Of a stretch of DNA of 64,000 nucleotides, positions 56,786 through 64,000 are shown piece by piece; within the stretch, counting starts at the first letter, position 1, and each line of letters starts with the position of its first letter. Location of the stretch: the NCBI GenBank assembly GCA_001949185.1, contig BDGG01000002.1:1209481-1273480 (forward strand), written 5' to 3'. Both the position numbers and the translations under genes were made by a program. Source of the stretch: Ramazzottius varieornatus. Lineage: Eukaryota; Animalia; Tardigrada. The notes beneath the pieces are model-generated. The model had not been told where the DNA came from, searched no databases, and was given only the letters and a program-made list of their open reading frames with translations.

Positions 56786-58199
56786 TGAGCGCAGTCCGAC
56801 AAAGCTAGGTGACGCGGCCAGGGCTCGAAAGGAATGTCCTGGATTGAAGTCCAGAGTTTGGAAGCAGCTTTGCAGTATCTCGTTGCAGTTTTGCAAACAG
56901 CACGCGAGGCTATATGATTCAGTGTGAAAGGTGAAAACCTGGATTCAATGTCTTCTGTTCCTGCCTGGGTCATTTGTAGCATGTTTTTGCAAATTATTTA
57001 CAGTTTTCACATTGTTTTCACATTGCTTTTTGTTTCGTACTGTGTCAATAGTTTTGGACGCGTGTCATCTGGTTGACACCGAGAACACGGACTACAGCAA
57101 CACTGTAGATGCAGCAGAAAACTGGCAGTTATTTCGTGATATTAACGGAGGCTGTAACCGGCCGGCGTAACAGCGGAAGAAAATGCGGATCGAGTTAGCA
57201 TTACACGTGGAGCGCGAATATGGAAAGCTAAATACGATAAATGAGCCAATTCTTATCCCCTCCGAAAGTTCGGCCCAGTCACATGACAGGCCCATAAAAT
57301 AATCCCCGGGAAATGCTAACTGGACCACGATCAACCGGTGTCTAATTTACGAGCAAGTCGTGTGACTGCGCAAAGCTTCGAGGGAATACAGTACGAGATA
57401 AACGACATAGGTCGGGTATGTCGATTTTCGCACCATAATTTGGGCAACGCGAAAAGTTTGAATATCATCGACGACGCTTGATTCATCTCTCATCATACGC
57501 CTGTTCATACAACTTTAGGCTTTTCAACATTGGACTGACCCATCTCTCTCCCAGGGCAAATTCCTGTGGTCTACAACGCGTTATCTTTCGCATACCTAGT
57601 AAGACCTCGAACAGAAGGAACAATCTATCTCGAGAAAAAAGAAGCGGTTGATGACATGCAACAGGAGCTGAGAAAATGTATGCCCGAATTACGTCGTCTA
57701 CTTCCTACTGTAAAAATCCGCTGCGTCCGCGCAGTACGTACACGTAACGATGCACCGCCGGGGGGTTGAACAGGCAGTAAAGACGGACTGGTGCTGTACT
57801 TCACGTGTACAATGACGTGCTACGCGGACGCAGCGAATTTATACAGTAACCAGCCAATGCTGTTTGTGTGAAGCACCGGGTCGGCTGATCCAGGGTCGGT
57901 TGGTCTCACTTTTTTCGTCAGCCGTCCAAGAACTGCACTGACAGCCGACCGGTAGTCGCGATTCATCGTAATGAGGAATATCTAGGTACGCAGGAAATAC
58001 TTCCAAGTAAATCCTCCTTCTTTTTCTTATTGATAATAACGGTACGGAAAACTCCATATCCGGACGTAGGAGCTTTTAAACAAACTCAATAGAACACCTT
58101 CTAAGATGACGCACGTTTCTACTGTTACTGGCTGGTAGCGTGCGCCACCTGGGACATCGATCTTGTCTACGGTATGTTTGCAGCTCCCGCGTGTACCGA

Positions 58200-58960
58200 G
58201 ACACCGACTCATCGGATGGACAGAGTACCCACTGAGGTAAACGGTTACGAGCCACTGACCGAGCATTAGGATACGTTCGTGCAGTAACGGGAAAGGACAG
58301 GAAACAAGCAGAGTAGAGAACAGATGAGGCGAACAATATCTTGCGCAAGTTGCGTTTCCAGGTTCGCTGAGTGGCTGCAAGGGGCTGCGAAGCTATGATA
58401 GCTGCACCACGAGGTTTCCACCATTTTTGTCAACATCAAGGCATGATTAAGTGGATCTGCATCTGGCGCTAATCGAACTGTTGGGACTTAATGAGCGTTG
58501 CCGTACATCCGCCCCAGACGGGATCCACGCCAAAATGGCCTATTCCACCGTTAAACTCCATAGGGATGTTCAGAACCACGAAGATGAGCCAACTGTTCAG
58601 TATGAAGATCGCACACCACTTCGGAAGGGAGAAGTACCGATACTTGAGGGGAAAGAACACAGCTACGGAGCGGTTGATGGCCAGACAGAGGATAAGACCG
58701 AGCTGATCGGAAGGAACACCCAAGGCATGAGGGTCTCGACCAGTACCATGTGCCCGATCAGCATACCCAAGCCTTTGCGCAAACTCCGTGTCATCCATAT
58801 GGTTATTAAGCGAAAACTATCCAGAAGACCAATGGAGAGGAAGAAATAAATCTTCAGTCTGTAACGAGCGGCCAGTCTTGATTGATATCTTTGCCATATC
58901 GCCGGTTGTGAAATAGTGATGTTGGACAAGGTCCAAAACCTAAGAGAGGAGTAAATGAAG
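58200..58960 (-). pseudogene. Rhodopsin-type GPCR pseudogene
   Basis: TM1-2 FFLSIGLL..RSLRKGLGMLIGHMVLVE, TM3-4 LCLAINRSVAVFFPLKY..FILNSWLI, TM6 RKILFASSVLYSACFLSFP and TM7 WLVTVYLSGYSVHP, spread over different frames with stops. Confidence 0.6.
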
Positions 58961-59045
58961 TTATGGTTGAGCTCTCGGAGTCTCCTGTCCAAATCAGCCT
59001 ACGCGCGGCTAATGAGCGAGGTGCGTGGTGAATGTACTGTGGCGA

Positions 59046-59095
59046 NNNNNNNNNNNNNNNNNNNNNNNNNNNNNNNNNNNNNNNNNNNNNNNNNN
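59046..59095. other. Assembly gap (50 N)
   Basis: Run of N. Confidence 1.
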
Positions 59096-62000
59096 CCATG
59101 ATTGATCGTAAATTTGACGTTGCGCGGAAAAGTGCGGACGGAGCCATTTTGTGGTTTTTCACTATCGGACTGTCAGTACACTAACTTCTCCCAAAAGCAA
59201 CGTGCAGTTATGCGCATGGGACACGGTCTTCATTTGCCTGCTTGTATCATTTGAACACGCCCACCGATTTGCATGATTAGAACACCACCAGGTACAACAC
59301 ACTCTACACTTTCGGATCACGTGGTGGGCGAGTTGCTGGTTCAATCAAGTACTTCTCTACGGCTGATCCTCCATTCTGCCCTCCTGTCCGCCTGTCCCAT
59401 AATTTGTACTGTCCCACAATTTCTCGTCGTACATGTCCTGGGTTCTGGACGAGTAGCTCTCTTCGGGTTTGGCCCTCACAACTTCTCGGAGATGAGACCG
59501 CGAGTTCATTCCATTTGCAGTGGAGACTGTGCTTATGGCCAGCTCTCATCAACACGTACGGGCTGACACTTCCAGGATGTCGGGCATCGATTCCATTACA
59601 CGCCATCTCTACTTTGTCGTTTCGCCTGCACCGGCAGAAAACATTTCCTCTGAACCTTTCTTCTGGTCCTTCAAAACCCCATCGCCCATAGAACATTTAT
59701 TAACGCGTTTCCTGCGCAAGAGAAACTCCTGCCTATCTTTCGGACCGATTTTGTCTGAATAGAACCGGAGTCGAGAGAAAACAAATTGGGATCTTAAGGT
59801 TGTTTCGGTATCGCGTGTGGTAGTATGGAATCTTGATTACGTGCTTCACTTTGGACGTACAGAAGTTGAGATACAACTACTTAATGGCCCTGGCGTTATA
59901 CATTTGTCGTGCACTGTGTACGAATACCGCCCATTTAACGTACGTACAGCTCGATATGTGACTGGACGGGCGTTGATGGCGCATCCAGTGGCAACAGCTG
60001 ATCAAGATGGTTACTCGGCCTGATGCAGCGATTCCACTTCATCACGGAGAACCATTACGGACCTCCGTCAGGAGCTCCGTAATGAGTGATTCTACTTTCG
60101 ATCATTTCGAGCCGGTTATGACAGGAGAAGTGGAATCAATCATTTCGGAGCTCTTGACGGAAGTCCGTGATAGCTTCTCGTAATGACTTCTATAGGACTT
60201 TACGTAAATTAAGAAAAGTGCGAAATGCACCGCGTCCGACATGAGCGATAACGCGACACAACATTCGGTTGATTGAAATATATGGTGGTTTGAACGGAAG
60301 ACCCGGAAATACAGTGCGGGAGCAACCAGGAAGGTACACAAAAACTCCGAAACTTATTAATTGACGTAATCCCTGTTATATTCCCGTAGACTACTACGGC
60401 GGTCCTGTGTTATTTTATATTGTACCTACCTCTTCATTATTGTAGTCGTTGTGAATTTATGATAATTAAGTATATATACTCGAATGAGAGGAATATACAT
60501 GTAGAACTTTCGACAAGAAATTACGACAGTTATGAGGTATATTCTACTTCCTCGTTCCAGCCAGTAATCAGAAATACGTGGTGGGTCCGTAGATTGCTCC
60601 TCTCTCGAGATGACTTTTTCCGTGATGGTTTTTTCCAGTTATGGTAATGGAAAATTTTCGTAAAGAGCAAAAACGCGCCAGTTACGAGAAGTGGAATCGC
60701 TGCATAAGTCACTGTCAGCACCGGGATCAGTAATTTTGACTACGATACGACTTTGATTAATACGATAAAAGTCATTCAAGTGCCCACTCGATAAAAGTCA
60801 TTTGCACGGAATGGTCCGCGTTCAGTTCGGCTTCCATTCTATCACCACCCATCATCGTTATCAGTCCACACCGTCCATCCGTTTCTTTAGTAGCATTCAC
60901 CGAAGTCCTTTCAAGAGGCATTCTTGAAGGTTGGCTTCGCTAGTTTCTTTCCGTCAAATTTATATACGCAGTTCAAATCTTTCATGTTCATACCCACAGG
61001 TCTTCTTGACCCAGGATTGTCAGCATCACAGGTAGATTTAGCGAGGAGTATAGCCAAAGCGGGAGAGTACCAGGTTCATGTTTCTCTTCTCCCTTCGTGT
61101 GGTTGTCTGGCTGTGCCCTGTCGTCTTTCGCAGGTTCCAACAAATCACAGTGGTCAAAGAATCAACGTGCGTTAATTATCAAAGATGAAATGGGGAATTA
61201 TGTGTTGTACTTCTCTGAGAAAAACCTCAAGAGTCAAAACGGAAAGCCCTGCTGTCCAGAACACAAGCAATCGAGCCTTCAACTGGACAAGTCAAGTGCT
61301 CATAAAGAGAAAAACATTGGATGAAAGAGCTAAAGCAGGAAATGACGCGCAAGAGCTTGCAAAGGAAGGAGATCAAGTCATCTCTGTAGACTTGAGAGCC
61401 AGCACCGCAGCTTCTCCTAGACTACAGGTCAGCAAGCTACATGACATTGTGCAAAAGCAGCAGCAGTAACAGCAGGAAGAACAGCTAGAATCAGCAGGTC
61501 TGACTATCATCGTTCAAAACCAGAAGGCGCGCATATGCTTGGAATAAAAGCCCGAAACGTCACCGAAGTGCAGTACAATCTTTGCGCCAGTCGCAAAACC
61601 TAACATCTGCCAACATCACATGGAAGCAGTCTCCTTTGGTCGATCTTCAATGAGTTAATCTTCAGAAGGTCAAATGATGAGTAACATCCGCCCGCTACAC
61701 AACAACCCATCCAACCCGATACATAATACGTCTAAAAAAAGTACCATGAGAAACGGTTGGAACGTGGGCAACTAAACTGAACTAGATCCTTCATTCAAAT
61801 GGCGCGCCTTATCTTTGTCACTGGCTGGATGAAGTGCGCTACTTAGGAAAACGATCTGGGCTAATTCATTTGCCGACGTTGCAATTTTCGTGCACGCACG
61901 AGGGGAAAGCATGGGACAATAAAAACCTTGGGACAGGCGGGAAGGACGGCAAAATGGAAATTCGACCGTGGAAAAGTGTCGAGAAGTGTGGCGTACGTAC

Positions 62001-62130
62001 GTACGTGCTTCCATATCGCCGTAGCGAAAAGGCCTATCCCATAATTTCCAATCGTACGTGTACCGGTAAGCATTGAGCTTGCAAGAATAGTCATGATTAA
62101 AGTGAATCGACGTACCTCTGAGTTGCGAGT

Positions 62131-63320
62131 TCACGATCTCTTCGAGCTGTCTTCAGCCGCAACAGGCTTCTGATCCTTCATCACAGTGTCGTAGGTAGGA
62201 GGACCTTGACTAAAGGACTGGCTAACGGCCACGTTCCCTGCCAAGAACTCGCACAAGCGTACCGGAGACTCCCGTGTTGTCTTGGACTTTGCCCTGTTTT
62301 TCCCTTCACTGCCCTCAGAACACAGGTCATTCGAGCAGCCGGACGACCGGCCTTTGCATTTGGTGGTCTTGAGCTGTCTGGCACTTGGTCGTGACTTTGC
62401 TGTTGTTACGAAGCCCACCAGCGACTCCACCACCTAGAAAAACATCTAAGTAATAATTGTATCAATACATGTGTATTATCCACATCACAGTATGAGTAAT
62501 CGGGCCGGGCGAAGCGAGGCCCTTCTTAGTCTGTCGAGATATCAATGGACGATCAGATTGTTGGAGCTTTCACGTATCGCAAACTCTGTATTGAAAATAA
62601 ATGCGTACCTTGATCCGGGCAACAGAAATTTTTTATTCGCAACTGCAACGCAACGCAGTAGAAATGTGCGGCCTATAATCTTTTGCCTCCTTTGCTCGGC
62701 CTTCCCAGTGGTCAGAACCACTAGCTAGTATTTATGGGTATGGTGACGCACACAGCACACTCGTGTGTTGACGAAATGCTTGATATTCATGAAGCATTAC
62801 AGTGCGCCACCTACCAGCTCGAAATGGTCAACCTTCATAATTTGCTGTTGACCACCAGGCATATCTAAAATTCCACCAAGATACAAAAATGTTTGGGCTA
62901 GGGCTACAATTTTTGAAGAGGGAGTTTCCCTCAGTAATATGCAGGATGTGGATTCCCTTACTTCTTTGATTCTGCTGCTTTTGGAAAAAGACGTCGAATC
63001 ACTCGAACCCTTTGGGGGAACGAGATCACTTCCGGCTTGAGTTCGGTAGGGTGGTTGCATTCGACAAGCTTTGAAGGAGTCGCCCAGACAGCGATGACCA
63101 GGGGCAAAGTAGTTCTCGCAGATGTTATAGTCGACGGTGCGATTCGGTGGCGCCTGGATTGTGTTGCTCATAATAACAGTCTGTAACCGGAAATTGGTGT
63201 ATTCTTCAAAGCGCGCAGACGGTAGACCGCGCTCTTCACCGTCTAACAAACGTATCGTACGCGGAAGATCCCTTCTCTGAGCCTCTACGCCAGTTTGTCC
63301 ACTTCTCCTGCACAAACAGA
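62131..63320 (-). CDS. Possible 3' exons of an unidentified gene (exons ~63320-62815 and 62436-62131)
   Basis: Two open frames joined by a phase-0 GTAGG..TTTTCTAG intron, with a PPTY motif. No family recognised. Confidence 0.3.
62500..62728 (+). mobile_element. 229-bp Helitron-type element with the same ends and a different interior
   Basis: A|TCGGGCCGGGCGAAGCGAGGCCC ... CCAGTGGTCAGAACCACTAGCTAG|T. Confidence 0.75.
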
Positions 63321-64000
63321 GGAAAAATTCAACACCGAGTCATTCCCTGGTTGCCAGCGTAGCTGGGAATTTGTTCAGCTCGTTCCAAATCGCGCGTGGA
63401 CCTGCCTATTTCTACGAAAACAGCGAACAAAGCTGTGCTGGGTTCGAACCTGTCAGTAGAAATGGGTAGCTGCGGCCCATTCTCAGTACAACTGACCTCT
63501 GACCAAATTGTTCCGGAAACTAGTTTTAAGTTTTAGGACCCCAAGGGCAAAGTTACGGCAAACTTACCGCACGATGCCCTTTGATATTCCTAACAACTTC
63601 GGAAGCAAAATCGATTGTACTGGGAACGGGCCTCAGCTACCCAAATATCGTAAAAAAGGCCAGATGAGCTATTAATATTAGGGTGATGCTATATGTACCC
63701 CTTAGAACCACGTTTGGCTACAGGCACCCCTATCACACCCCGTTTAGCTATAGGCACTCCGATTTAATTCATTAATTCAAACACTTGGATGCGATATCAC
63801 TATGGGCACTATGGTTATCACTATGGACACCCCTGTTTTTGAAATCAGTCTTTCCTTCGAAATTTTTGGGCCAGATGTACGCCGTGTTACAACCGAATGT
63901 ACTGTGGTATCTTGACCACCCCGCTGTAGTAATCTTGCCCATGCCATTGTAGTAACTTTGTTGCAGCATTCGTACTATTTTGCTCGACTATGTCTGACAG

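Noticed and set aside
60054-60085. Isolated hairpin CATTACGGA..TCCGTAATG
   Set aside because: Single occurrence with no supporting context.

Overview
Eukaryotic invertebrate genomic DNA with spliceosomal GT-AG introns. A tardigrade-like compact ecdysozoan is my guess, not shown. The first ~38 kb is gene-dense: a PP2A B55 regulatory subunit (+), SMARCAD1/Fun30 remodeler (-), an alpha1-type collagen IV (+), a head-to-head pair of related serine protease genes (one clip-domain, two-protease-domain) and an MXRA7-like gene (-). The last ~26 kb is rich in transposons (intron-containing pogo-type element, hAT-type, Helitron-type, Harbinger-like remnant, several MITE families). It also holds two Ly6/uPAR three-finger genes, a GPCR pseudogene and a 50-N gap. 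The most striking unexplained signal is a family of ~80-bp units in short tandem arrays inside at least 15 medium-sized introns of six unrelated genes. Each unit is an inverted pair TTYCCAAGTGGCGCAC-N25-GTGCGCCACTTGG with conserved arms and spacer length but a strongly diverged spacer sequence. Exon boundaries and spacings were read by hand and may be off by a few bases.
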